Shown here piece after piece: positions 39,009 through 52,560 of a stretch of 64,000 nucleotides of DNA. Positions within the stretch are counted from its first letter, which is position 1, and every line of letters starts with the position of its first letter. Where the stretch lies: contig JASCQW010000139.1 in assembly GCA_030264375.1 (NCBI GenBank), positions 25,507,719 through 25,571,718 of the forward strand, in the 5' to 3' direction. Under the pieces are notes generated by a model, which saw only the letters and a program-made list of their open reading frames with translations, was not told the origin of the DNA and ran no database searches. This DNA is from Carcharhinus longimanus. Its lineage: Eukaryota. The position numbers were made by a program, and so were the translations under genes.

Positions 39009-40359
39009 GTCAGTACTGCTGACTTTTTATTTCCCCTAAAATGGACTATTATAGAGTAACTGCAGGTTCAGTCCTGTAGGACCTTTCAGTCACACTTTGC
39101 GTTATATAAAACTTTGCTACTGTTCCCTCCATTTCTTGTTGTTGTGTCTGGTCGTCTGAAATTTTGAGTGGTTGTCAAAGGATCCAACCTTTGGCCAATG
39201 CAGAAACATCCAAGTTGCTGTGTGACCATGAAATTTAGAAAGAACATTGGATGCAGAGCAACAGCTAGCACCCATGGCAGTTTTATGCAAATGCCACAAA
39301 GGCCTAACAAAACCTTATAACTTGTATGTTGAGCTGAACTGGCAGTTTGATGCTTGTATTATGCTGTTGTCTGTAGTTCTGTTGACTTTGGTGTATAATT
39401 CTACATACAAACAAGTTATCCATTGGATGGAAATTATAATTGCTACAAAAACCTTTTAATGCAATCCTGATCAATTATATAACTGGTAATGTAGCTAAAC
39501 AGGATATAGTTAGATTTTGTACTTAAATGAGCCTATGGCATAAAAGTTTGTGGTTTCCTTGACTGTCATTGTAGTGTGATCCCAGCAATAAAGGTTATTT
39601 CTAGCTCAATTTTGAGCAAACCCTACAAAGCTGATCCTGTTCTGTGGTGTCATTGAACATGATCAGAAAGCTGTACTTGGGCCTGTGGTGTCAACCATTG
39701 CAATTAAAATTGCTTTGGCTTTTTCCTTTCATCCTACTCTTTTTAAAAAAAAAAGCAATCTCTTAATTGCATAATTTGTAATTTTGACCACAGAAATAAT
39801 TAATCTTGCTGGCAAAAATCCAGATTAAAAATCTCTGAAATTAAACTACATTGCTAAGTGTTGTTAGCCTTTCAACCCATTATTGTTTGCAAGCACAGTC
39901 AGCTATATTGTTTTTTTTAAAAAATTCTGCTCAATTTTTTGGGAATTCTTCCTTCAGGTCTTGATCTATACCTCCTTGTGCAAGTGATCTGAGCAAATCA
40001 CACTTTTTACCTTGAAAATCAGAATTGGGTCTGTGCTAATCTGCATATCACTTGCATTGATTTTGCATATTGAAATAGTGCCTTGTCAATTTTGCGGAAG
40101 AGCACTGTGGACTAACCTTAAAAGAGCATGGCACAATGGCTTAAGAATTAGGGATAACCACCCCCTTAGCAGTTTACTGGTGCCACTAGCCATGTTGAAT
40201 GACAAATTATCTGTTCATTTTCATTGTGAAAGTTGCTTTGGTTCAAAGGGTTAAAGATTTATCATTTCAAATTTACTATGTTATCTTACAAGTAATCTTT
40301 CAATGTATTACACCAAACATTTGTTTTCCCAGTTAATATATTATGTATCTGTATTCTAG

Positions 40360-40446
40360 TGATGACAGTATGGGCTATCAATATCCATTCACTCTTCGAG
40401 TTGTTCACAAAGATGGAAATACATGTTCATGGTGTTCATGGTACAG
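40360..40446 (+). CDS. USP32: USP32 exon ~28
   Basis: tctag|DDSMGYQYPFTLRVVHKDGNTCSWCSWY(R)|gtgaga; 87 nt. Confidence 0.96.
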
Positions 40447-41020
40447 GTGAGAAAAAAGCTAGCTAGTTTTATTTCAATCAATATTTTAAATGATAATGAA
40501 AATTTACATAGTTTTATGATTGACCAAATTTTACATAGAGATGACTGTGCATTTTAGGGAGCATTATTGTATGCATAGTCTGCTAGTTTAGCACTTCCAC
40601 AAACAAGAGAACAATGTCAACCTTAATTGATGTTTATTTGACTGTCAAGTTGTCAATCTTAAGTAGTCATTGCCTCATCACCAATCCTTGTTGTCTATGG
40701 AAGAATTTGGATATATTCCAAAGTCAGGTGTATTTCATTTGTCTTATCAGCTCACCAGAGAATAATATTGGTGAAGACCGTGAAATTCCATATAACCATA
40801 ACCTCCCAACTCTATCCAGATTTGTTTGGTGATAAGAAAATGCAGTTGAAGAAATGCATGTTATTTTGGGTATATCAAGATTTAAAATATAGCAACATGC
40901 AGAAAAAAAGTTAAAATTGATCCACGTAATTTGTTGGCCCATTATTGATACAGTTACACTTGTAGCACATTTGTCCTGAACAGCATTTTTGCGTAACTTT
41001 TGACTTTTGTTCTGGTGTAG

Positions 41021-41141
41021 ATTTTGCAGAGGATGCAAGATTGATTGTTCTGATGAACGCGCTTCTGTTGGGAATGCTTACATAGCCATTGACTGGGATC
41101 CAACTGCTCTACATCTTCGCTATCAAACATCACAAGAGAGG
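41021..41141 (+). CDS. USP32: USP32 exon ~29
   Basis: tgtag|FCRGCKIDCSDERASVGNAYIAIDWDPTALHLRYQTSQER|gtaaat; 121 nt. Confidence 0.96.
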
Positions 41142-41335
41142 GTAAATATTTCACTTAATCCATAGGCTAATTTTACCAGTTGATACGTTTTTTGTTACTC
41201 CGTCGTTTATTGATTTTGCTGCCTCCCTGGTGTCTAAATAGTACATTCACACTATTATTGTAATCATAGAATTGATGCTGCCAGAACAGAGACCAAGATT
41301 AAACTCCATGCATTTTAATTGTCCTATATTGCTAG

Positions 41336-41527
41336 ATCTGTGAGGAGCACGAAAGTGTTGAGCAGAGTCGACGAGCTCAAGCGGAGCCCATTAATTTGGA
41401 CAGCTGTCTCCGGGCATTCACTAGTGAGGAGGAATTGGGGGAAGACGAGCTCTATTATTGTTCAAAATGCAAGACCCATCGCCTTGCTACGAAGAAGCTT
41501 GATCTTTGGAGACTTCCACCAATTCTG
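41336..41527 (+). CDS. USP32: USP32 exon ~30
   Basis: gctag|ICEEHESVEQSRRAQAEPINLDSCLRAFTSEEELGEDELYYCSKCKTHRLATKKLDLWRLPPIL|gtaata; 192 nt. Confidence 0.96.
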
Positions 41528-42501
41528 GTAATATACTTAAAGTCACTTGATTGATCAGTTAATCAACATAAGATTGTATTACAATCTGCCTAAGGTACAC
41601 TAACTATTAAAAAGTTAATTAAATTCTAGTGAATGATTGAAAGGAGTATATAAGATTTCAAGTTTTAAGACATTCACTGAAATGAATAAACTAAATGTAA
41701 CCTTGACTAACACTACTTTTGTAGGCAACTTTATTTTAAACTACTGAAAAAACTCCCTTGTGTGACTTTGAAAGCGAATGCAAATCCTTCACCCTACAGT
41801 TATACTTTGTCCCTTAAGTGGACACTTCATTCACCAGGTATCGATTTATCAAGTTATTCTCAGCTCCAGATGACTTGTTTCATTTTCCTTTTCCAGCTGA
41901 AAAACTTGTACTCCCCAGATGGACTTTTTGCAACGAGAGCTACCCTGGAGATTCTTTCCTCCAGCCAAGCTATGCTAATCTTCCAGCTCATTTAAATCCC
42001 AAATCTGGTCTCTTCAATCCAAGCATGAAGTCCCATCTGAACAACAGAGATGGGCTGCCTTTGTGTTTCTGCTCCTATTCTCAGATTCTTGTAGATTGCC
42101 CTGTCAGTGAGACTCAGGATGTCCTTGAAAACGTGTACCCCCACCCTGCAATTGCTCCCTATCATCTCTTCTCGCGCAAAGCCCTTATCCATAACAACCT
42201 GAATCACGTGGGCCTTGTATCCAGGTAGAAATGCTAATTCGTTATCTTCTAGACTCCCGACTCTCTCTCTCTTGGAATTGAATGGACAGTTTAAATTATA
42301 TGCATTTATAAATTCTGACATTCCCATCAACTCAGTGAGAGACTTGGAGGCCTGGGTTTTCACAACAATATTGTGAAAATGGCAGAGGAGGCCAGAATCT
42401 AGAAGTTGTACCTTTTATATATGGGTGGATTTTGTTTCATGCATACGTGTTCTCTGGAAGCAGTTGCCCGTATATATCATCTGCATCCACTTGTGAAATT
42501 T

Positions 42502-42818
42502 TAGAACATCATAGAATCCCAACAGTAAAAGAAGCCATTCGGCCCATTGAGTCTGTACTGACCAGTATATTACCTAGGCCCTATTCCTGCAAACCCACAC
42601 ATTTTACCTTGCTAATCACCCTGACGCTAGGCAATTTATCATGGTCAATCAACCTAACCCCCACATCTTTGGACTGTGGGAGGAAACAAGAGCACCCAGA
42701 GGAAACCCACACAGACACAGGGAGAATGTGTGCAAACTCCACACAAACAATGACTCAAGGCCAGAATTGAATCCAGGCCCCTGACACTGAGAGACAGCAG
42801 TGCTAACCACTGCCACCC
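42502..42818 (-). mobile_element. HE1-type SINE, antisense
   Basis: Reverse-complement of the SINE consensus: gcaaactccacaca...gcagcagtgctaaccactg. Confidence 0.88.
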
Positions 42819-43199
42819 CATTTTGTTGACCTAGGTGTGTGAAACATCTGGTAGGAGGATTCTGAACTTCAGGAATTTGTTTGGATAGTTAGAATACTTG
42901 TTTGGAGAGGTCCAGGAACCTTTTTGTAATTTAGTGCAAAGTTGTATCAACTGCCTCAGAAGTGGCAAATATTCATTAACAACTGTCTGCTTTCAACCCA
43001 AGGGAGTCAGAGGTTGGGGCTGCTGGACCTGGCAGGGCAATTATTTTTGCCCATGCTGTCTCATGCACTCAGGTGGCAGGAAGAATATTAAGTTAGAGAA
43101 TGGTGCTTTAAGAAGGTATAGAATGGGTGTGGCATTCTCACTCAGGCACCATGGAAGCAAGTCCGTGTATGCAGAAGGAGGGCAGAACATCAGGAGGAA

Positions 43200-43880
43200 G
43201 TGGCAACACTACAAGTGCCATGAAGGAAGAAGAGATGAACAAGAAAAAAATGACTATTAGCCTGTGGTTTGGGTGTACAGAGCTTAAACATCATACCTCA
43301 ATATGAAGAACAGTGTTAAAGGCGACTGAGTTTAAGCTGTGAATTGGTCATTGACATATGTCCCAGCAACACCTCGAATCACACTCTGAATCCCCATGCC
43401 GTGTCATGGCCGTGTCTCCCAATTTTCATAACTCAGACTTATCCTAGCAAGAGACCTGTTTGGTACATCCTAATTTGCAGTGCACAGCTGTATTAAGGCA
43501 CTAATTGATGCTGTGTTTGCATATGTGGGGGAAGCACATTGATTTTCTTCTTGATCTGGGGACTCAGATGCAGTGAGCTACAGTTTTTACCCAATTAGTA
43601 GGCTGTTCGTACTGTAGGTTCTCATTGATTGCACCCAAGTTGTCATAAAAGCTCCAACAGAGCATCAGAATACCTTGGTTAACTAAAAGTCCTTTCTCCT
43701 GCTTAATGTACAAGTAGTTTTTGACTGTAACATTGTTTCCTTCAAGCCTGTACAAGGTTCCTTAGTAGCTACCATAACTCCTTCCCAACTCCTATAGCTA
43801 CTTCATCCACCTTTGCAATTCTGTGGTTGGTTTCTAGGGCACTTCAGAGCTTGGCTAATGACCCATCCTTTAGGAGCCCT
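43200..43880 (+). mobile_element. PIF/Harbinger transposase remnant
   Basis: Decayed VYRA*TSYLN..EEQC*RRLSLS.ELVIDIC, DLFGTS*FAVHSCIKALIDAVF, IDCTQV and WLMT segments, matching HARBI1-like DDE transposases. Confidence 0.7.
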
Positions 43881-44990
43881 CAAAATAATAAGCAGTAAGG
43901 GCATTGCCCTGTGTCTCTGGACTGCTAATCTAGTGACCATGCTACTGCATCACCACTGCCCCTCAACTGAGACATAACTAACTTTGTTACTTCAGAATAT
44001 TTTTATTAGGTGGAGGTGCCAAGATGGTGCCATCTCCATGATTGCATCTTGTCTTGGTACTTGAAGGTTTAAGTGCTTCAGTGCAATATACTATGAATTG
44101 GCAGCAACAGTAATAATTTTTTCCTAGGGAAATCCCATAATGCACCATTCATTTCAGGGTCAGCTAACTGTGATCAACATTTACATTGTTCACATTTATC
44201 TGACAAGTTAGTGATATCTCCCTGCTCTGACACATCACCATGAATTTCCTATCTCAGAAATGGCCCTCTGAGGCCTGCTTTTAATACCCACTGCAAGTTG
44301 CCGACCAACATTAGGGCCGGCCTTTAACTCCAATTATAACCCAGCATTCTTTCTTCCCCCACCCCCACCCCGGACTGAAAATTTGAAAAGTTCAAAGCCA
44401 CTTCCATGGATGTGAATGTGCAGAGTTGGAAATTCTCCAATCTCTGTCAACACAAAAGGAAAAGTTCAAGTCAGACAGTCTACCCACAGTCATTGCAAAC
44501 GTCCTTGTCATTGTCTAAAGGTAAAGTAAAACAACCCGAGTCCCCCTTAACCTTTAAGAACTAGCTTGCTGTCAGGCAAAATTCAGGACAGATCACACGA
44601 ACCCCCTTTATTCCTCCACTTTACCCAAAATATAATAGTCTTATAAAATCTTGCACTTATAAAAATTGAAATACCAATTTCTCCCCAATGCATAACGTAA
44701 AGAACTAATTTTATTCATGGTCTGAGGTTTCAGTAATTTTACTTATTGTTACTCAACATTAAAATGGTTATTTTTCATTTTGCTGAATGTTGCAAGCCAG
44801 AAAATGTGGAAGTTCTGAAAGCTGGAAAGGGCGTTCATTATTCATACGTTATTACTAATACGTAGAGTAAATTGATAAATAAGAAATTTAAGAGGCTACA
44901 AAAGCGAGTCTCAGCATTTAAGAATCAAAAACAGGTTAGTTCTCTGTTGGTATATTAACCTTGTATTATTTGCATTTTGCTTATTTTTAG

Positions 44991-45234
44991 ATAATTCACT
45001 TGAAAAGGTTTCAATTTGTTAATGGCCGTTGGATTAAATCACAGAAGATTGTTAAATTTCCCCGTGAAGGTTTTGACCCCAGTGCATTTTTAGTGCCACG
45101 GGATTCAGTGCAGTCTGAACAGCATACTGCACAAGTGGAACTGAAGAAACTCGATTTGAAAAACCCCCAGGAAACAGGGACCGGTGGCTCTGAACTACAA
45201 GCTGGTGTAAATTTGAGTATTTTGAATTTAAAAG
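44991..45234 (+). CDS. USP32: USP32 exon ~31
   Basis: tttag|IIHLKRFQFVNGRWIKSQKIVKFPREGFDPSAFLVPRD...SILNLK|gtaatt; 244 nt. Confidence 0.95.
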
Positions 45235-45538
45235 GTAATTAATTTATTGTGTTTTTGTATATGTTACTGTATATGTTTTTAGGCCATACACCTGCTTACC
45301 TGTCATCTAAAATTCAATTTGAATTACGTTGTTGCTGGAGATGATTATATAGTGACTAGATTTAAACAAAAATTGAGTGCCACTGCAATTTTCAGCTGTA
45401 ATGGCAGTATAAGTTAAATTTCACAGCTTAGCCATAATTTTACAGCATGTATTTAGTTACTTAACAGAAGCTTTTGATAAAACTAAACAGACTTCATGGG
45501 GAGGAATAATTATTTTCAATTTTTGTGTTTAATTTCAG

Positions 45539-46011
45539 CTTCTCCAACTTCAGGAAGGAAAAATCATAATTCATCAAACAAAAGCAACAGCCCTACTAAT
45601 AGCCCAAAACAAGGAAAAAACAGAGGTCGACTGCGCTTACCGCAACTTGGCAAGAACAAATTGTCGAACAGTAAAGAAAATCTAGACAGCAGCAAGGAGA
45701 ATATTTGTGATATGGATCAAATGTTGGAGATGAAGAATGTCAGAAATGCCCATTTGGGCCAAGTGGTAGATGTCACTGATAGGGCAAACTGTTCAGGAGG
45801 AGACCATGCGGGAATAATGCAGGAGGTTGTAACAGCACAAGACAATGAATTGATTTTAGCCAATGGAGTATGTCACAATAAACAACAGAATGGATTTAGA
45901 AATTGCAGTCATAATGGAGAATGTGAAAGTCTCACAAATGAAGATGTAACTGCAGATGACCAAAGAGCTCCACTCGTTTTGAAGCCTCTCTATAACTTAT
46001 ATGCAATTTCT
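45539..46011 (+). CDS. USP32: USP32 exon ~32
   Basis: ttcag|(A)SPTSGRK...GRLRLPQLGKNKLSNSKENLD...KPLYNLYAIS|gtaagt; 473 nt. Confidence 0.95.
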
Positions 46012-46761
46012 GTAAGTACTTTATTTTTAAAATCTAATTGAGTAAACTAAATAGTTTTCTAATAAACATTTCAATGCTAAGATGCTTTGTACAAAATTTA
46101 TATAGGTATCTTTTAACTGATTGAAAGTTAGTATTAGTCAGCAGATTGGACAAGTTCCCCATGTGAAAATACTGACAAGCTTGTTAACGATGTTTGATGG
46201 CTTCACTCTCAAATTTGTACAGCTCCTGCTAAGCATAAACCTTTAACATAGTGCCATCATCAATATCAATCTTAGAAGTATGTGATGGTGGTCTCATGCC
46301 TAGAATCACATCAATGTCTTATAAGACAGGACGGGACAAATGATCCTCAAATTTTAACCTTTCCATGGTGTCTTGGAGTCTTTTTTTTTGTCTCCTGCCA
46401 TCCCCATACATCTCGTTCGATAAGATGAGCTACCTAACTCGAAGCAGGGAAGCTGAGAAGCTTTTTTAAACATGAATGAGACATGAACAATTCAACTATG
46501 TTCTTCAAACTTGAGAAGCTCCCAACTTTTAAAAGAAATTACAAATGAATTCATAGGAGTCATATTTGAATTATGGGTTCACCACTACTTTAAATACCTA
46601 GTTATATACATCTATATTCTGAGATGATAATGGAGGTAAACTATTTTCTGTGACTGACGGAAAGTATTAATCCTTAATGAACCATCTTAAAGAATACCAA
46701 GGTAAACAATAGACAAAGTTTAGTTGCTAGTGTAACAAAAGTAAACAAAGTGGGAAGAATC

Positions 46762-47093
46762 ATAGTGATGCAGTGGTTAGCACTGCTGCTACACAGTGCT
46801 AGGGATCCAGGTTTAATTCCTGGCTTCGGTCACTGTGTGGAGTTTGCACTTTCTCCCTGTGTCTGTGTGGGTTTCTTCCTGGTGCTCCAATTTTCCTCCC
46901 ATAGTCCAAAGATGTGTGGGTTAGGTGCATTGGCCATGCTAAATTGCCCCTTAGTGTCCTGGGGTGCATAGGTTAGAGGGGTTAGTGGAGTAAATATGTG
47001 CGGTTATGGGGATAGGGCCTGCATGGGATTGTTGTTGGTACAGACTCGATGGGCTGAATGATCTCCTGTACTATAGGAATTCTATGATTCTAT
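46762..47093 (+). mobile_element. HE1-type SINE
   Basis: cagtggttagcactgctgc head; ggccatgctaaattgcccc core; ttctatgattctat tail. Confidence 0.88.
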
Positions 47094-48352
47094 ATAACCA
47101 GGCCTAATCTTAATTTATTTTCCTATTTTCCCAAATGAATCTAAATTTATGTCTTTATTCATTTGGGTAGCTTGATCACAGAACATTACCTTTGCACATT
47201 TTGTCTCACCATAGGGAAGTGCACAGTACTGCACAAGCAAAATGATTTTTCACTTCCCCTCATCCAGCCACCACTTGCATATTTCTCAGCGACTAATTGA
47301 ACCAGCACTCTTCCATGCTATGAGGATAAGTTCTCAGGCTGTAATATCAGTGTGTTTGCCGCATCAACATTTCTTTTAAGTATTTGAAAGCCAGTTTAAT
47401 TATCATGGAGTGAAGGCTGACAGTTCAGTTATTTCTCTAGGTCAGAAATAAGCCATTAACACCACGTGTTCTGATACATAACTGCCTATTTATATTGAAA
47501 GATATCTGGTGATCTTAAATGGACTCATAATATAACCAAATTCAGTTCCATGATATTTCCCTTTTTTGAGGTCCCAACTGCACTGGATCATGTCATGTAA
47601 TTTACAGATTTAATAATTGCATTGTTCCAGACTCTTAATGCACATTATAAACCAAATCCAAGCTCTGAACCTGGAGCAGTACACCAGTGACCAAACTTCA
47701 TTGAGAATTAATCTCATTTAAAACCCTTTGGCTTTGGGCCTTTAGCTGATTTATGAACAATTGCACTGTATCACTGATAATACCACTAGAATTGATTTTT
47801 AGTGCACAGCCCCTTATGAGACACTTCTTCACTTTTCCTTTTGGAAAATTAATCAGATATCTATTGCAATTCCCTGATTCTTCATTCTAGTGTGTTCGAA
47901 AAAGTCCGTCAGATTTTTCACTGATTTCACTTCAGAAGTCATGCTGGGTAGCACCTTTCAAAACTAAATATTCTAGATTATAATTTAAGTGGATAATGGG
48001 AATATAAACTAGATTAACTTTAATGGGTATCTCTTCTATAGTTTTTCTTTAATTTTAGTAACAAGGTTAATTTTCCATGGGCATTTTTGGTCTCTCCCCT
48101 CATTCAAAAAGGGTCCAAAAACTCATGTAAGTTAATGTGACATTTTATTTTTTAAAATCTGCTTGAACATTTTAATGTTGAGTTATACTGCTATCATTTT
48201 CTAAATTGTTTTATTTTGAAGCATGTCGATATTGCTGATTTATTTTATTGCATATGATTTTGTGACCAAGACACACACTTCTGCACATAATAAAAGCAGC
48301 AAAATTCTACCTGTTTCCAAATAAAAACTTTCTTTTTTAATTTATATTTTAG

Positions 48353-48445
48353 TGCCATTCAGGAATCTTGGGAGGAGGCCACTATGTCACATATGCCAAA
48401 AACCCAAATGAAAAATGGTACTGCTACAATGATAGTAGCTGTAAG
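48353..48445 (+). CDS. USP32: USP32 exon ~33 (His box)
   Basis: tttag|CHSGILGGGHYVTYAKNPNEKWYCYNDSSCK|gtatgt; 93 nt; catalytic His codon 48380-48382. Confidence 0.97.
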
Positions 48446-49399
48446 GTATGTTTATGGAGCAGTTCTGTGTTGTCTTGCATATCCCTTCGGCTATAACATG
48501 TTAATTGTTTAAATTAAACACACTAGTTCTGGTATCTCAGCAAATATGCCATGGTCTATGTCCAAAATATACACATCTGGAAAACTCAACAACTTCCATT
48601 GTTTAAGATACTGCTCTTGTGCAAAGAATAAAGAATGACAAAGCAGGTAGTCAATTAATAAAAGTACCATCAAAGAAGATTTTCTTTTATTTACAAGGGT
48701 TTACAAGAAATGGAGAATTTTAGCTATGAAACTATTGTTTTCTTTGGAATTGAGGAGAGTATGGAAAGACTTAATTGAGATATACAAAATTGAGCAGTCC
48801 AGGAGAAGTGGACAGGAAGACCTGTTACAGAGAAATAGATAATATATATGGTGTTGTATCATTGGAGAGGGTGAAAGAGGTGATCCTTTCGGACACAGAT
48901 AAGTAATGGAGTTGAAGAAGTTGCAAAGCATGGGCAGTGAAGAATATTGGAAAAGTAGGGCTGTAATACAGTAAATACATGAATGACTGGTTTCTGTAGC
49001 AGTTGTAGATGCAAGGGCAGAGGTGGAGTAGTATTTTAAAATATTAAAGATATTAAATGACCAAGATATGGGCACTCAGATTTCTTCTGGCTCAAACAGG
49101 AGCAAAAGGTTTTGGAATACCAAAATAAGCTCAAATTAGCAGCCGTAAAGGTGAATGGACTTCAGAGAAATGGAAGAGATGTTGCAGCAAAAGAGGATAG
49201 CTCCAATTTTATCAACGTTAAACTGAAAGGAATGATGATGGCATGAAGAACTATCAAATATTGATATAGTTTTTATCCTGGAACCAAAAGTTCAACTATG
49301 GTGGAGCTGGTACAATAGGTCTGTAAAGACTATTCCCTAATTTCAAACTTCCTCCAACTGAGCTGACCTCAACCCTTGTTTAAAGACCGTGTAAATGTA

Positions 49400-51160
49400 T
49401 TAAGTCTCAGAATTATTGCAATGCAGGAGGCCGTTCAGCTCATCATGTCTGCCTGGCTCTCTGAATTAGCATTTCACTTTGTTATTCTTCTATTTTCTCC
49501 ATAACCCTGAAGATTGTTTCTTTTCAAGTAATCATCTAATTCTGTCTTGAATGCTTTGATTGAACATGCCTCCACCAGTCTCAAGCAATGCATTTCACAC
49601 TCTAAACCTTCACTGTGTGGAAAAAGTTTTTTCTCGTATCACTTCTGCTTCTTTTGCAAATCACTCTAAATCTGTGCCCTTTCATTCTTGATCCTTTTAT
49701 AAGCAGGAACAGTTTCTCCCTATCTACTCCGTCCAGCCACCTCATGATTACCTCTATCAAATTTCCTCTTCCTTGTGAAGTGCCAACTTCGCTAATCTTC
49801 ATAACTGAAATTCCTCACCCTTGGAACCATTCTCTTCTGCACTCTCTTCAATGCCTTCACAACCTCCTTAACTGTATGCCATTCTCAAGCTCCGGTCTTA
49901 CTAATGTCTGATATACAAGTTAGTGTAACTTCCTTGCTCGAATAAAACATAGGATATAGTATCCTAGGTTTCAGATTCCAGCATCTGCGGTAATTTGCTT
50001 TTATCTAGGGTATAGTGTGCTTCACTAGTGATCTCTCAATTTTTGCTGCCATCTTTAATGACTTATACATGCAGATCCTTCTGCTCATGCTCTCCCTTTA
50101 TTTTATACTGTGTCTCCATGTTCTCGCTACTAAAATGTATCACCTCATTTCTCCATATTGAATTCCATCAGTCACCTATCCACCAATTTGTCTGATCTTT
50201 TGAAGTTCTACACTATTCTCTTCAAAGTGTTTATATTCCAAATTTTGTATTGTTTCCAAATTTAGAAATTGTTCCTTGTACAACAAGGTCTAGATGATTT
50301 ATATCAGGAAAAGCAAGGATCTCAATACCATCTCCTGGGGAACTCCACAATAAACCTTCCTCCAGCCTAAAAAAAATCCATTAACTATTAATCTGTTTCC
50401 TGTCATTCAACCAATTTTGTCAACATGTTGCCGCTGTCCCTTTTAGTCCATGAGTTAAAAATTTTCTCTGCTGCACCATGTACCCGTATGAAATACTTTC
50501 TGCAAGTCAATGTACATATCAACAGCACTGTCCTCATCATTTCCCTATTATCTTTTCGAAAAACTCCAAGTTAGTTAAATGTAATTTCCCTTGATTAATC
50601 CACATTTGTCTATGCGACTATTAATTCTATCCTGAATTATATTTTCTCAAAGTTTCCCCACCACTGAAGTTAAATTTATTGATTGGTAGTTGCTGAGTTA
50701 ATCCTCACATTTTTTTGTGAGCAAAAGAACATGATGTTTGCAATTTTCCAGTCTTATGGTATTACCTAGGAAGATGAAAAACTATGGCCAGTGTCTCTGC
50801 ATTTTCCAGATTCACTTCCCTCACATCTGGTCCCAGTTCCTTGTCTGCTTTAAGTACAGGCAGTCTACCCAATACCTCCTTGCTAGTTTTGAACTGTTCT
50901 AATGACTGAATTTCCTCCTTTTTCACCATGGTCCAGGTAGCATCTTCCTTGATAAGATTATTCATTTAATACCTTTGCCATGCATGTCTCCATGTAAATC
51001 CTTTTTATGGTCCCTAATTGTGCCTATTCCTTTACCATTCTTACTATCTATTACCAAAAAGGATAATGTTTTTCTGTTTTATGACCCTGTATTTCTTGAC
51101 TGAGAATGCCATTCTGTCTTATTCTAATCTTTCTCTCCCTGTGCTTCTTATGACTGAACC
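49400..51160 (-). mobile_element. CR1-type LINE, antisense, decayed
   Basis: Minus ORFs 49602-49802 (GVDREKLF...KGHRFRV) and 50762-50965 resemble CR1 ORF2. Confidence 0.8.
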
Positions 51161-51275
51161 AATTTTTCATTTTATTAATGTCACATGTATTAGCATACAG
51201 TGAGAAGTATTGTTTCTTACACACTATACAAAGCATACCATTCATAGAGGAGAGAGTGCAAAATGTAGCATTACA

Positions 51276-51375
51276 NNNNNNNNNNNNNNNNNNNNNNNNN
51301 NNNNNNNNNNNNNNNNNNNNNNNNNNNNNNNNNNNNNNNNNNNNNNNNNNNNNNNNNNNNNNNNNNNNNNNNNNN
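51276..51375. other. Assembly gap (100 N)
   Basis: N run. Confidence 1.
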
Positions 51376-51459
51376 CCATGCAGACACGAGGAGAATGTGC
51401 AAACTCTACACAGATGGTGACTCAAGCCGAGAATCAAACCCAGATCCCTGGAGCTATGG

Positions 51460-52560
51460 GTCAATGTGGGCAATGCTGTTGATGTGGTATAAATGGACTT
51501 CCAAAAGGCTTTGGATAAAGTGCCACACAACAGACTTGAGAAAGGGAATAGCTCATGGAATAAAAGGGGCAAAAATAATATGGACATAAAATTGTCTGAA
51601 TAATGAGTAGCAGAGAGTAATGGACAACAGAGGCTGGAGGAAGGTTTGTAGTGGTGTTCCCCAGGAGTCACGATTGGGATCCTTGCTTTTCCCTGATGTA
51701 ATTAATCATCTAGATCTTGGGACAATTTCAATGTTTGTGAATGAAGTATTATGGAGCTTCAAAAGGACACTCACATTGGTGGAGTGGGCAGATAGGTGGC
51801 AGATGAAGTTCAATGTGGAGAAGTGATGCATTTTGATAGGAAGGACATGGAGAGACAGTATAAAAGGTGAAATTCTTTAGAAGGGTGCGGGCGCAGAGGG
51901 ACCTGAGTATGTCTGTGCATAGACCATTGATGGTGGCAGGACAGGTGGAGAGAGCAGTTAATGAAGCCTATAGTATTCTGGGCTTTAATAGGGGCATAGA
52001 GTTCAAGAGCAAGCGAGTTAGGCTGAACTTATACAAGTTGGAATATCAGCTGGAATATTGTGTTCAGTTCTGGGTGTCATATTATAGTTAAGATGTAAAC
52101 ATACTGGAGAGACTGCAGAACAGGTTTACAAGAATGGTCCCACAGATGAGAAACTTCAGCTATGAAGATAGATTGGAGAGGTTGGGACTGTTCTTCTTGG
52201 AGAGAAAAAGACTAAGGGGAGATTTGATGGAGATATTCAAAGTCATGAGGGGCTGGACAGAGTAGATAGTGAGAAACTGTTCCCATTCAGAAAAGAATCA
52301 AGATCAAGAGGGCACAGATTTAAAGTGATTTGCAAAAAACCAAATGTGGTTTAGGAGTGGAAAGCCCTTCCTGGAAGTGTGGTGGAGGCAGGTTCAATTG
52401 AGGTATTCAAGAGAGCTTTAGGTGATTTTATTTGAATAGAAATAATGCACAGGGGTGCAGGGAAAAGAGTGGTAAATGACACTTAGTCATCTGGAGAGCT
52501 GGTACAGACACTATGGGCCAAATGGCCTCCTTCTGCACTGTAACAGTTCTGTGATTCTGT
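51460..52560 (+). mobile_element. CR1-type LINE 3' part, decayed
   Basis: DFQKALDKVPH, SGVPQESRLG, WADRWQMKFNVEK and LEYCVQFW segments; ttctgtgattctgtga tail. Confidence 0.9.

Noticed and set aside
41762-42363. Overlapping 77-136 aa ORFs in intron 30
   Set aside because: No recognisable protein; most likely chance ORFs or a decayed retroelement
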